Shown: positions 46,545 to 60,140 of the stretch, one piece after another
Layout: every line of letters begins with the position of its first letter
Position numbering within the stretch: the stretch's first letter is position 1
Assembly (NCBI RefSeq): GCF_030028105.1
Contig: NC_092370.1
Location: 114,230,443 to 114,294,442 of the forward strand
DNA length: 64,000 bases
Direction of reading: 5' to 3'
DNA from: Mobula birostris
Taxonomy: Eukaryota
Notes under the pieces: generated by a model
Database searches by the model: none
Told to the model about the DNA's origin: nothing
The model's input: the letters and a program-made list of their open reading frames with translations, nothing else
Position numbers and translations under genes: made by a program

Positions 46545-46582
46545 GCTTTTTGTGCGGCGTTTGCCTTCTATTACATACTGTG
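46545..46582 (-). other. RSS of V-A2: CACAGTA, 22-nt spacer, ACAAAAAGC
   Basis: Same position and layout as the V-A1 RSS. Confidence 0.9.
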
Positions 46583-47006
46583 TAAACCCAATAGGCGCAG
46601 TAATAGGTGGCAGCGCTTTCAGTGCTAACTTCGATTGTGAGATAGAACTCGGAATCAGTTGACTTTCCCGCGTTGAAGGATGTCCCGAATTCCGGATCCC
46701 GCTTTACATCACCTCCAAAATAGAGTATCCTTTGGGGAGGCTTGCCGGGTTTCTGTTGGTACCAGTGAAGGGGAGAAGTGCTGCTCACAGAGCCTCCATG
46801 CACTTGACACCGTATTCGCGCAGTTTTCCCGGCAGGTACCGTAATCGATGCTTTGGGCTGGGTCAGGGTTTGAGCCACACTTCGACCTGCAAAAAGAGCA
46901 GAAAACGGTAAAAGAATCTGCGTGGCGGCAAGGAGCGATAAAAGTTGAAGAGGTGTTGTAACGCACAGCTGAAAAGCAGCACCATGAACCAGGGACCCTG
47001 CCACAT
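46583..47006 (-). CDS. TRGV: TCR gamma-type V segment V-A2, apparently functional. Leader 47006-46967, 80-nt intron, V exon 46886-46583
   Basis: Spliced MWQGPWFMVLLFSCRSVA-QTLTQPKASITVPAGKTARIRC...LHWYQQKPGKPPQRILYF...YYCAYWV. Intact splice sites, no stops. 70 of 96 mature residues identical to V-A1. Confidence 0.88.
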
Positions 47007-48244
47007 GCTTGTTGCGCCGGGTCAGTGTTTGTAATCTGAGAGGAAGCGCAGTTTATCAGCTCTTGTTGTCGGGGCTGAACCCGCCTCAGCTCCTACCCCG
47101 CCTTGTCCGAATCACTTCTTTACATGAAGCTGGTAGCGCCGCCTTTCTTAGGGAACGGCTGCCAGGGGCGGGGCAAGCCCCGGTTTATTTCTTCCTTTCA
47201 TAATTTGAAGAGGATTGCTTCAATGCCTCTCGACACCTCGATACTATTTGCTCAATTTATTCCCGATTAAAACTGATCTTTATCCCACACAAGACCAGGA
47301 ATTTGTAGAAATACTCAGCAATCCAGGCAATTATTTGTGGAATGATGCAGATTTACAGTTTCAGATCGCAATTTCAGAAATATATCTACCAAACTTTATC
47401 CTCTGGTGTTTCCCAATCTCGTTCCACCACCTCGATCCTCACTGTCAGCTAGACCTTCCTGTCTCTTGCCGAAACCCCTGTTGCCGCGTTTATGAGAACG
47501 TTTGTTTGTTCAGCTCTGCGGCCTGTTCGTGAATCAGAATGAGAATCAGGCTTATGACCACTGTTATAGGTCTCGAAATGCGTTGCTTTGCGGCAGTAGT
47601 ACAGTGCAAGATAGAAACATTATTTTAGGTTACAAAACTACGAAATTGAAAGAAAACTATTGACGTTGTGTTCATGTCTTCATGGGCTGCTCAGAGATCT
47701 GATGGCCGAGGGGAAGAAACTGGTGTTAGAATATCGAGTGTGCGTCTTTAGACTCTGATGCCCCTTCCCGATGGTAGGAAGGGGAATGCTGTCCCAGATG
47801 GCGAGGATCTTTAATAATGAATGATGCCTTCATGAAGCACTGCCTCTTAAAATGTCTTCAATGGCGGGGATGGTTGGGCCCGTGGGGGAGCTGCTTGAGT
47901 CTACAACCCTCTACAACTTCTTGAATTGCAGGCTCCAGGAAAGACTGTGGTGCAATCAGTTAGAATATTCTCCGTGTTATATCTGCAAAAATATTGCAAG
48001 AGTCTTTGCTGACACACCAAATCCCATCAAACTCCGAATGAAGTAGTGACTTCTGCGGTTTCCCCATGTTACTAAACATTACAGTGTGCGGAATGCATTC
48101 GGTTAGGAGGAGTGCTCTCTAACATGTCCCTGATGGAAGGCTTGAGTTTCCCCTCGCCCTGCTCCACCCTGTCAGCTGATTTCCTACCTCACTGCCATTC
48201 ATAACAATGACCCTTCACAATATCCACAGTCGCCCTGATGGAAT

Positions 48245-49056
48245 GTGGACCCGCGCACAATCAATGTTTCCATCAACTTCGAATATCTCGTTCATTTATA
48301 TCCCGATTTCTTGCAGCCCAGAAGACATGATTTCAGCAAAAAGGAAGAGGGAGTCATTTGCAACTTCTGGCAGAGGGAAGTGATTCTTTGGATTTCTCAA
48401 TGGATTTCTGGTCCCTGGGCGTTTCAACGTTGGTCGATATTTGTCTGAAATTTAGCGCTGAAACACGACTTTGCTCCTCTTCCACTGACCCTTGAAACCT
48501 TTGACGATTGGGGCTAAAGGGCCTGTATCTGTGCAGTATAACAAATGTAGGAATCGGAGACCTGAGAGCCATGGGACTGTGGTATAGAGGAGGTGCTGAG
48601 GCCTAGGCATATTAGCTATGAACATATTGAATACTGGGGCAGGACTGTCGGCCTGGTAGCCTCGTCCTTCTGCTCCTCTTCCGGTATCATTCCCTTGTGT
48701 CCTGGTGTGTCGATGAAATCTGGTGAAGTGAATACAACTGCTTGCCATTTAATCCTTTCGCCATTGAATAACTTCCAGTCTTTAATGATGTATTTTACTT
48801 TGAAACACGAAATTGAAGAAGTACTGGACGCAGAGTCTCATTTTACTGACTTCTTGACAAATTTGAAATTGCATTCCCGTGGAACTCCTGCTGGAATCTT
48901 ACTGCATCAAGGACATCATATAAATGTAATTGCATAAATGTATTGTTTATGTGGTCACTAGGTTCGAAGCGACTCATTTATATCAAAGTTTCTGATTTTG
49001 TTCTGCACTGCACCCTGCCCATGGCGGCAGTGGTCTCGCCACCGACTGATGACTGA
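48245..49056 (+). pseudogene. Decayed coding-like sequence of unknown origin, copy 2 (longer)
   Basis: ORFs 48245-48448 and 48593-48937 share one frame, interrupted only by stops; colinear with 20082-20576. Confidence 0.42.
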
Positions 49057-49304
49057 AGCCAGCAGAATGATGTTTGTTTCTGATTCAGGTTCTGGTTCTC
49101 TCAGAGGATCCTGGTGACACCTTCAGCCACTGCAGGCTGTTACCAGCCATTCCCTCCATTGTTCCATCAAGACGATCAAAGGTAGATTGAAACCGAACAT
49201 CCGTTGTCATTTGTTAGATTAAACTCCACCCTTCTTGCACCCTGTGTACCTCCAGTGAATAGACAGTCCAAGGCCTGATCGGAAGGACATGAAATTGATT
49301 AGTC

Positions 49305-52300
49305 ATAGAAACATAGAAAACTACAGTACAGAAACATGCCCTTCAGGGGTCCCCAACCTTTTTCGTACTGCGGACCGGTTTCATATTGACAATATTCTTG
49401 CGGACCGGCCGACCGGGGGGGGGGGGGGGGGGGGAGGGGGGGTTAGGGTTCCCAACGTACAAGAGTAGCTGTCAAACACGTTGGGTTTACCCCGAGAAAG
49501 ACTACAATGACCATGAAGCCTTGCGCTGGCACCAGTGCGCATGCGTAACTTGCGCATGCGTTTACGTGCCGATTTCTTAAAAATTGTTTTTGCCGATTCT
49601 GTTGGCGTTGGCGGCGGCGGGGGAGGGGGGTGTTAATCACGACCGGAATATAGGTGATAAGTGGCTAATACACTCAATTTCGTTTCTAAAAGGGTTTATC
49701 TAACGAATTTAATATTAAACACACAGCGCATATTTTCCTCTCATGAATATAGTGATAAGTCAATTATCAGGGGAGGACAGGGGAGCTTGAAGTGTTGAAC
49801 GAACTTCCAGTAGAAGTGGTAGAGGCAGGTTCGATATTATGATTTAAAGAAAAATTGGATGGGTATATGGACACGAAGGGAATGGAGGGTTATGGGCTGA
49901 ATGCACGTCGGTGGGACTAAGTGAGAGTAGCGTTCGGCACGGACTAGAAGGGGCGAGATCGCCTGTTTCCATGCCGTAATTGTTACATGGTTATATAAGT
50001 CACTTATAATAGCATCATAACATTTTAAGTAACATTTGGATATTAAACACACAGCGCATATTTTCCTCGTATGAACATATAAAATCATTGCAACGCACCA
50101 ATATGGCTGAATCAGTGGGAGCCATGGCTTGTTTTTCTGCAACAAGACGGTGCTATCGAGGGGTGATGGGAGACAGCGATACTCGAAGGCGGTTCCTTAT
50201 GTCCAGTCTATTCCGCAATTTAGTTTTCGTTGCATTCATTGCAGAGATATGTTGGAAGCAACGTTTTCAGTGCTTTCGTGTCTATCTCAGGATTTTTAGC
50301 CTTGACTTTGATCCAGAATGCCGGCAGAGATGTTATGTCAAACAAACTTTTCAGCCCGCCGTCATTTGCAAGCTCGAGGAGTTGATCTCCTTCCCGCGCT
50401 GACATGGATGATGCGTGGGTAATGACCTCGCGTGCGTTCAAGCTCAACAGTGGGCATGACAGGGAATGAGGAAAGGTCCAGCTGACTCATATCGCCAAAT
50501 CATATCGTTTCTTCGCGGCCCGGTAGCACATACCTTGCGGCCCGGTGGTTGGGAACCGTTTCCTTAGACCCGTCTAGTCCGTGCAGAACCATTGAAACTG
50601 TCCACTTCTATCGACATGCACCGGACCATCGCCCTTCATACCCCTGAAAACGATGTACCAATCTCTTAAACTTTGAAACTGAGCTGAGATGCACCACTTA
50701 CACCGGCAGTTCGTTCCACAACCTCATCAAATTTTGAATAAAGGAGTTTCCTCTGATGTTCCTTTTAAACTTTTCACCGTTCGTCCTTAATCCATCACCA
50801 TTAGTTGTAGTCCCACCGAACTTCAGTGGAAAGTGCTATATATATCCTTCATAATTTTGTATAGGTCTATCAAATCTCCCTTCCATCTTCTCCGTTCCAA
50901 GGAATAAAGTCCTAACTTATTCAATCTTTCCTTATAACTCAGGTTCTCAAGTCCTGGCATCATCCTGGTGATTTTTCTCTGCATTTATTCAACCTTATTA
51001 CGTCTTTCCTGCAGACAGATGACCAAACCTGCACACAATACTCCATATTAAGCCTCATCAACATCTTATACAACTTCAATATAACACCATATCTCTTGTA
51101 CTCAATACTTTGATTTATGAAGGCCAAAGTACCGAAAATATTTGTATAGCCATATCTAGCTGTGACACCACTTTCAATGAATTATGAACCTGTATCCCCA
51201 TATACGTTTGTCTGCCACACTTCTTGTGCCCAACCGCTCACTCTGAAAGACCTGCCTTTGTTGATCCTACCGAAGTGCAACACTGCACACTTGACTGCAT
51301 TAATTTCCACCTTCCATTTTCCCGTCCATTTTCCAGCTGCTCTAGATCCTGCTACAAGCTTAAATAGTTTTCTTTACTGTTGACAACACTCCCAATCTTG
51401 GTGTCATCCGTAAATTTGCTGATCCAGTTAACCACATTATCATTCAGATCGTTGCTGTAGATGCCAATCAACAGACTCAGTGTCGATCCCTGTGGCACAC
51501 CACTAGCCATAGAGGCAACCATCTACTAAGGCATTTTGGCCTCTCCCACAAAGCTAATTAGTAAGCTAATTCACTGCCTCATCGTGAATATCAAACAACG
51601 GAATCTTCATGACCAATCTCTCATGCGGGACATCGTCAAATGTCTGATTAAGGTACATGTAGAGAACATCCACTGCCTTGCTTTCATCAACGTTCCTGGT
51701 AGCCTCCTTGAAAACCTCTACAAGATTTGTTAGGTATGACGTACCACGCAAAAAGCCACGTTGACTATGCCAAATCAGTGCATATATATCCAAATGCTCA
51801 TATAGCCTGGTCCTTCGAATACTTTCCAATAAATTTCCCACCACTAATATCAGGCTTGCCCATCTACAGTTTTACGGTTTATTCTTAGAGTCACTCTTGA
51901 ACAGCGGAAGCAACATTAGCTATCCTCTAATCTTCCGGTATGTCACGAGTCACTAAGGAAGATCTAAGTATCTCTGCTAGGGCCCCTGCAATTTCTACAC
52001 TTGCCTCCCACAGGGTTCAAAGGAACACCTTGTCAGGCCCTAGGGATTTATGCATCCTAATTTGCCTCAAGTCGGCAAACGCCTCCTCCTCTGTAATCTG
52101 TATAGGGTTCACGACCTCGCTCCTGCTTTTCCTCACTTCTATGGACTTTGTGTCCAGCGCCCGAGTAAATACAGATGCAAAAAGCAAAAAAATACATTCA
52201 AGATCTTTCCCATCTCTGTTGGTTCCACGCATAGATTACCATTCCGATTTTCCAGAGTACTAATTTTGTCCCTTGCAATCCTTTTGCTCTTAACGTATCC

Positions 52301-53283
52301 GTAGAATCCCTTAAGACTCACCTTCAACCTGTCTGCTAAGACAACCTCATGCCTTCTTTTAACCTTCCTGTTTATTTCTTAAGTATTCTCCTCTATGTTC
52401 TGCATGCCATAAGTACCTCAGTTGCTCCTACCTGCAACGTAGCTCCTTTTTTTCTTTACCAGGGCCTCCATATCGCTTGAAAACCAAGGTCTCTACAACT
52501 TTTATCTTTAGCTTTTATTCTGACAGGCACATGGGAGCTTTGTATTCTCAGAATTTCACTTCTGCACGCCACAGAATTACCTGGAACCCCGTTACCAGAA
52601 AACAGCCTGTCCCAATCCATACTTGCCAGATCTATTCTGATATCATCAAAATTGGCCCTTCTCCAATTTAGAATCTCAACCCACGGACCAGACCTATCTT
52701 TTTCAATATTTACTTTGAAACTAATAGCATTATGATCACTAAATGCAAAGTGTTCCCCGACATAAACTTTGATTTCCCACCCTGTCTCATTCCGAAAAGA
52801 AGATCAAGCATCATATAATCTCTGATTCCGACTTTTATGTACTAGTTCAAGAAACTTTTCTGGCCTCATTTGACAAATTCTATCCCATCTCGTCCTTTTA
52901 CAGTATGAGAGCCCCAGTCAATATATGGAAAGTTAAAATCACCCATTAAAGCAACCTTATGTTTCTTGCAGCAGACTGAGATTTGTTCATCAAAATCTCG
53001 AGGACTGTTGGGTGGCTACTAATATGGCCGCATTAACGTGTTCATACCTTTCTTCTTTCTCAGTTCCACCCATAAAGCTTCACTTTACAAGTTCTCCAGT
53101 CTGCCTAGACTGAGCACTGCCCTGACATTTCTAGAACTAGTAACACCACTCCTCCCCTTTTAATCCCCTAAAACAATGGAATTCAGAATATTGGGCTGCC
53201 AATCCTGCACCTCCTGCAAACAAGTCTCACTAATGGCTACAATATCATAATTCGATGTGTTGATCCATGCCCGGAGCTCATTT
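49305..53283 (-). mobile_element. Old CR1, paralog of 20826-23290; interrupted by a hAT element and truncated by deletion
   Basis: CATAGAAA tail at 49305. ORFs 51566-51844 (RGTSYLTNLVE, VDVLYMYLNQTFD) and 52139-52327. Confidence 0.88.
49344..50560 (-). mobile_element. Non-autonomous hAT (Charlie/SPIN-like) element with transposase C-terminal remnant, specific to copy 2
   Basis: Left end CAGGGGTCCCCAACC; degenerate right end GGTTGGGAACCG. The minus strand encodes LPAFWIKVKAKNPEI..KALKTLLPTYLC and TKTKLRNRLD (hAT dimerization region). No clean TSD seen. A CR1 3' piece is nested at ~49780-49990. Confidence 0.8.
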
Positions 53284-56200
53284 CAGGCTGACAGCTTTCT
53301 TCAGGACTGGAAATCAAGGAGGGAAATGCCAGAATTTAAAGGTGGTAGTGGTGGAAGGAGGATTGCTCGAAAGTAATAGGTGATGGGGAAGGCAAAGGGC
53401 TAAAGAGGAATGAAGGACAGAAGTTAAAAGGGGGTCACCAGGGGTAGGTGGTAGGCAGGTAAGTAGAAGAAATTAAGTAAAGGGGAGACAAAGTGGTGAC
53501 ATGATGACATTCTGAAGTAAAGGTTCTTTACATGGAAAACCTCACTATCCCTTCACTTATCACCTTTGAGCTATCCTTCTTCCCCTGGTTTGACCCTAGT
53601 GCAAGTCTCAGCTCCTCTTCTGTGCCACTTCCCAATAACTTACAATTTCTTGATCTTTGAAGTATGAATCTATCTATAACTTAATTATATCTAATATTGT
53701 TGCTGAGAATCAAAGCTCAATGGTCGAATCAGAAGCATTGAGTTAGCCGGAGCCCTGGGCCTGTAAATCTCTGGGAGTCCACTTGGGTTGTCAAAGGCCC
53801 AATGTCTATGTATCCGAGTCTGATTCTGAGTCTTCTGGAGACTGGAGGCTGAAGAATATGAAGAGTCTTGGAATTCGAAGAATGTATATGAACATGATGG
53901 GAGGGGGGAATGGGAGATTGATTGCTGTTGTTAATTTGTTGCTTGCTGTGTTCCGTTGTACTGTGTTCTGCTGAGCATTTTGGGTATGCTATGTTGGCAA
54001 CGGCTTGTGTGGTAACACTTGCGGGCTGCCCTCAGTAATAAAACTGTATCAATATGTGTCCCATCTTATATGTCTCAATAAGGTCACTCCAGATTTTTCC
54101 AAATTCTAAGAATACAGACCCAAAATGCCTGGCTCGCGAAAAGATAAACCTCTCATCCCAGGAATTAGCTCTGGTGAAACCCTTCTGGATCTCCTTCAAT
54201 GCTATTATATTCCTTTAAAGGTAAGGGGGCAAAAGCCATGCACAGTATTCCAGGTATGGCCCTGGATAACTGCAACATAACCTCCCTTCTATATATAATT
54301 TGATTTCTTGGCTGTCTGGTAACGTTCTTCAATATGACTGCTTTGCAACATCTTGCGGTACGTGAAAATAAACATCCCAGTCCCCTTGTACTTCACTCAT
54401 TTGCAGTATATTTCTATTTGGACAATGATCTATCTTTTGATTCCTCTTAATGAAGCACACGATCTTACATTCCCCACATTCCATTTGCCAGAATTTTGCC
54501 CCCTTACTCAATGTATCCGTATCCTTTGCAAAATGACAGTGCACACAACACAATATATCCTTCCTTGTATTCTCTACACCCTGATCTTGGGATATCTTTG
54601 TTGAGCAACACCTCCTATTTGTATCTGAGCTGCAACATCTGCATTAATCATATTCCCAACCTGTAGCTCCATGGAAATTATTTCACATTCATCCATTTGA
54701 GAATCAGAATCGGGTTTACTATCACAGGCATATGTCATGAACTTTGTAAATTACAAGAAGAACTATATATATAAAATAAACAAAATTAAATAACTATTGC
54801 AAAAGAAGGAAAAATACTGAGACAGTGTTCATGGTTAATTATCCATGCAGAGATCTGATGGTGGAGGGGAAGAAGCTGTTCCTCAAGCATTGAGTTCTGC
54901 TGATGTGTAAAAGTCCAGATGCTGACACCAGGCAGATCAGTTCTGTGACAGCATCTGCAAAAGTAACATTTTGCTTCTTTTCTCAACACCACTTTTAAAA
55001 TATAAGCTTTGGTAATCTCAACATCATCTCTGTAGCCTACTAGATACAATGGATACAGTATTGATTGGTTTGAGAGCATCACTATCACACAACAGATGAG
55101 GCACTTCTATATTCACCACGTCCTGTCCAAAACAGAAAGTATTCAAACCCACCACAGACAAACACATTTGCTAACGGTTCCTTCCAGAAGCTCACTTCTG
55201 GATAGCACTATGGGGCTGTTACAACAAAGACTACACATCATCTTAAATGTTTCTTCCTCCAGGCTGTTATTCTGATCAACCATTGTACTTCGCCCTACAC
55301 TGCATTGTAGACACTTTAAACCACTTTTTATAAAACTGTTTACATTGTAAATGCATGTTTTATGTACACTATGTAATTGTGCACAGTTTATTCCATATCC
55401 GTCCTTTAACCTCTAACTTCACTTTTTATCATTATTAAATGTTGTTGTTTTTCGTTGCATGTTGAACCTCGACCAACAGCAAATTCCAAATATATGCAAA
55501 TGTATATAGTGAATACAGTTCATTCTTGGCCCTCGATTGTTCCTGATTTCTGCATTTCTTGCTTCTGTTTCTGCTATTACTCTTGCATTGCCAAGTCAGC
55601 ATCCTTCCTAAAAGATTGTTGCTTCAAGTCAGACTGACACAAATCACATTCTGAAGTTTCTTTTTCCTAAAGATTATAATATCCAGCAGCAAATTAACTA
55701 AAGACTATTATTAGTGTTTTTTTCTGACATCTTCCAAGTATTCTTCCAAACTCCATTCCTATTTTTCTATGCTAGATTAGAGAGAAAAATGTTCAGGTAC
55801 TGAGTGCTTCCCAGCAACCATGTTATAATGTTAATGCCATGTAAACATAACTATTTTAGTAGGCTTTATTTAGTTTTTTTTCAGTCTAATCATGTCTATA
55901 GTGACCTATCGTTGAATATTTCTGCTATTAAAATGATTAGCATTGAAATTCAGATTCGTTTATTTATTACATGTACAGCAAAACATACAGTGACACCTGT
56001 TGTTTGCGTTATCCATTCACAAAGTTTAAGGATGTATTGGGGCCGCCCGCAAGAGTTGTTACACATTCCTGAGCCAACATGGCATGCCCACCATGTTCAG
56101 TAGAACACAAGTAACAATATCAACAACACCACCATTGACAGTTGCTTTCAGTTTAATCTCTTCCTTCCAATGGCACTGGGCTTGTGTAGATTGGATCTAA

Positions 56201-57574
56201 TGCTCCAGCATGTATGATTCTATATTTACCTTTAAAGTGTGTAATTCTCTTCCTGAATAGTTGAGGCTATATCTGCACTGAATAGTCTTTAGTTGCAGTT
56301 TTTGTCAACGTGGCACGACTCTGGCAGACCACATTAAATTAATTGGACCTTTGCACAATATTTGAAACATCCATGCTGAAAACATACACTCCCATCCAAA
56401 AGCCTAATTTTCAACTTATATTTTATTTGTTACCCCAAACGAGCACTCAACAGGAATACATGCCTACTACAATCTAAAATCAGGCTCTGGCGAACTCTGG
56501 GACTAATTTTACAAGGTTAAGAGCTTTCATTTTTTAATATAACTGAAAAGGAATCATATTTCATTGGCTCTTATGTCCATGTGAAATCTTGCATTGAACA
56601 TTGATTGTTTCGCTCCGAAGGTGCTTCTAAGGTGTAGAGTATTTTCAGCATTTCCAGATTTTGTTGCAGATTTTCAGAAACTGCATTAACTAATCACTTG
56701 ACTTGTTTTGAGAAGTCACTTATTTCACAGTGTGACAGCAGTTCATTTATTTTTTCAGGACAAGTTCGATGTTAGTGGTCCCAGGCCTGGACGTAGATCT
56801 TTGGTTTAAGTTGCAACCGGAGCAGCCAGATGATGCTAAACAGTGATTGGTGTTTTTCATATTACAGCCAGTTGAACAGAGCCCAGTGGGTAACATGCAC
56901 ACTATCAGCCATTTAACTGAAACAGCATCAGCCTGCAGCAATTACTTACTGCAGGAACTGCCACCAGATAATGTGAGGCAGGAGAAGGAAGGGGGGAGTC
57001 AAAAACTGCACTGGTGGAGGAAGGGAGTGGAGTCAAGGAATGCTGGGGTCACGGGACTTTGTGCAAGGGAATTATAGAGGAAATCTAAAGACATGAAGTC
57101 AGTGAAATATGTAAGTGATGGAAATGCACTGAGTTGGTGATGTTGAGTCAGAGTTAAGAGTGAAGTTCTGGACTGAATTAATATAGAAGTGAATTGGCAG
57201 AAAAGCTGAATTTAAAATTGATGGGACTATGGAAAGCTCCCAAACAGTGGAGGGTAAGTAGATTACAACCTGAAAACCACATAGTACTCACCTTTAGCCA
57301 GTAAATGCTTCTGGTCTGTGCTGAATAAAGTTTATACTTATTACATCTAACTTCTGAATGAAGTAAAAATTACAAATAATGACTGGTGCAGGGCAGTTCT
57401 GGAGAAAGAAACATTGAAATACTGATTATGGAGTGCCATCTGTCAGCTAAACAGAACATAGCAAACTGTTCACTCAGTGTTTCATTTTGTTAATTAGTTC
57501 AGACGAAAGCTGAATGTGAATTGTACTAAATGTACCAAAATTAGAGAATCATTGTTAGGCTATGTAGCAGATAG

Positions 57575-57760
57575 TACAGCTGCTTCATAGTTTCAGCGTC
57601 CGGGTCGACCTTGACCTCCAGTCTGTGTGTCTGTGTGGAGTTTGCATGTTCTCCCTGTAACTGTGTTGTTACCTTCTGGGTAACTGGATTTCCCCCACAT
57701 CCTAAAGCCATGCCAGTGAGTTATGTGGACACTGTAAATTACCCCTCAGTGCAGGTAAAG
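57575..57760 (+). mobile_element. tRNA-derived V-SINE (HE1-like)
   Basis: GTGGAGTTTGCATGTTCTCCCTG...GGATTTCCCCCACATCCTAAAG core. Confidence 0.62.
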
Positions 57761-60101
57761 GAGTCTGAGGACTAATAGGCATGAGAGAGAGAGAGAACAA
57801 GGAAATGAGGAAAGGGAATGGGACTAATGAGGTTGCTCCGCTGGACTCAAAGGGGTGAAGAGCTTCCTCCTGTGCTGTAACAACCTCTTACTGATGACAA
57901 CATTAGAGGCCAATCAATCTGTCAAGCCATGCTGATTGAACAGTTTCTCCCTTGCTGTCAACCACAGTCTCACTTCTTATTTTTTTACACCCATTCAGTT
58001 CCCTTTTAAAAGAGCAAAGAATTTGTAAGTACTACAAATATAGAGCCTCAAAATCCCTTTGGAAAGAATTGACTAACTCTCAAGCACACAAGTAGTAAAG
58101 AAGGCGTACGGCATACTTGCATTTATTGGTTAAGGCATGGACTTTAAAAGTTGGAAGTCATATTAAAATTTGTCTTAAAGTTTGGTTACGCCACATTAAG
58201 TGTATCATGTGCAGTTTTAGTTACAGGAGGTGTGTGGGACCTTTGGAAAGAGTGCAGAACAGGATCACCCGGATGTTCCCTGTCGTAGAGAGTATTATTT
58301 ATTAGGAGAAGTTGGACAGATTTGGAGTGTCTTGTCTGGAGGTCAGAGGCTGGGGGTAGACAAATGAATTATGAGAAGCATGGATAGACTGCCAGAATCT
58401 TTTTCCTGAGGTGGAAATATCAAATGCTTTAAAATGAGAGGCAGTTTGATGGAAATCTGGGACACTTTTCTTACAAAGAAAGTGGTAAGGAAGTGCTGCC
58501 TGGGTTGGCTGTGGTGGAGGCAGAAGTGGGTATCGTAGCAAAGTTTAAAAGTTATTTAACAGGCACGTTAACAAGCAGAGGATAGGTAATATTTCGGCAG
58601 ATAAGCTGAAGGGCCTGTTGTTATTCTGTACTGTTCAATGCTCTATACCGTACATGCAGTGAGTGCCAGATCATAAATGCTCTGTGGGTAAGGACGTTTT
58701 TTTTTATCTGACTCTTCACTTCTGTTTTTTTAACGTAAATATTAAATTTGTGTCCTGATCCTTGAGCAACCCCTAATCAAGCGAGTGATGATCTTAAAGA
58801 TTGAAACAAAGTTAAAAAGTCAGATGGTGATGAAAGGAAAATAGAAAATGCTAGAATCCACTCATCAGGTCAGGTGGCAACTATGGAATGAGAAGCAGTT
58901 ACTGTTTCAAGTTAAAAACCTTTCAGTGGGAGCAATGGAAAAGTTGTTGTGAGGTTGGGAAATGGGTAGATCAAGCAAAGGGAATATCTCTGGTAGTGTT
59001 TTAGAAGAATGACAGAGAGGGGATCATTATGCATAAAGTGTCAGTGTCAATGCCAATTCTCCACCAGAGCATTTAGCTAATTGCATCTCCTGTCCCATGT
59101 TTATATTTTTTGTATTTTCCCCCGCATGTATTTATCCCGATATTTGTCGAAGCCAAAGCGGAACCTGCCTTCGTCACATCACAAAGGTTGAGGTCCTAGA
59201 TGCAACCAAATGCTGTTTAATAAACTATTCCCTCATGTCATAAGGTGGGACAGGGGGATACAAGTGCATATGCGTTGACAAACGCATTTGGTTTAAAATT
59301 AAAGATGGAGATTAGAGAGACAGATCACAACATAAACAGAGAAGGGCACGTTGGAGTTGTAAGAAACCGCGTCTTACAACTGGTGCTAGCTCGACATGTG
59401 CGAGATAACCTCATCACCATGCAACCTCGACCTCACCCCTTGGGATATTCTCTTTGCTCTTCCATCCAGTTGAGTCTTACTCCAGTGATGCTGCCTGACC
59501 TGCTAACTGACATCCGACACAATTCTGAGCAACCAGCTCTCAAAACTGATCAAGGAACTTCACCCGTCTTGTGCAATCTAAATGTAGGTGAGGTGCTGCG
59601 ATAAATTTTCTCCCGTGGATTTTGTCAATGACTTCACTCTGTGTGAAGGGCATCCTCGGCCTAGAGATTTCTGATGCTCTTGCAAACAATTGAAAGCAAG
59701 GTGTAGAGAGATTTTTGAAAGAAAGTGCGGAATATCACAAGCGCCGAGCAGGTGTTCCCAGCCAAGTACATCTCAATGTTTCTCTCAGGACCAAATAATC
59801 TGCTGGAGGAACTGAGCGGGTTGAGCAGAGGGAAGGGGAATGATCTTGAGGCAGTGTTTCGACCCAGTGCATTTCAGCCGCAAATGCTGCTCAACCTGCT
59901 GAGTTCCTGTCGCAGATAGTTTTTTTGTTCCGGATACTGGAGTGCACTTTCCGTGTCTCCGGTCTCCCTTACTCCATCTGCGCCTGGACCCAGTAGCCAT
60001 AACACTGACCATGTGTCCAGGCGTCACTAAGCCTGTGCGGGTCGAAGCGGATCTGCCGCTTAAACCTGCCGCGACCTGGAGTCACTCTCGCCTGGGCGCG
60101 G

Positions 60102-60140
60102 GGTATTTGTTCTGGGCTCCTGTGGTGACGCTTCGCTGTG
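60102..60140 (-). other. RSS of V-B2: CACAGCG, 23-nt spacer, ACAAATACC
   Basis: Directly follows the YYCAIWD codons; near-consensus 23-RSS. Confidence 0.92.

Noticed and set aside
49416-49442. Long poly-G run as a functional G4 element
   Set aside because: A homopolymer inside a hAT remnant, of uncertain length in assembly, with no supporting context.
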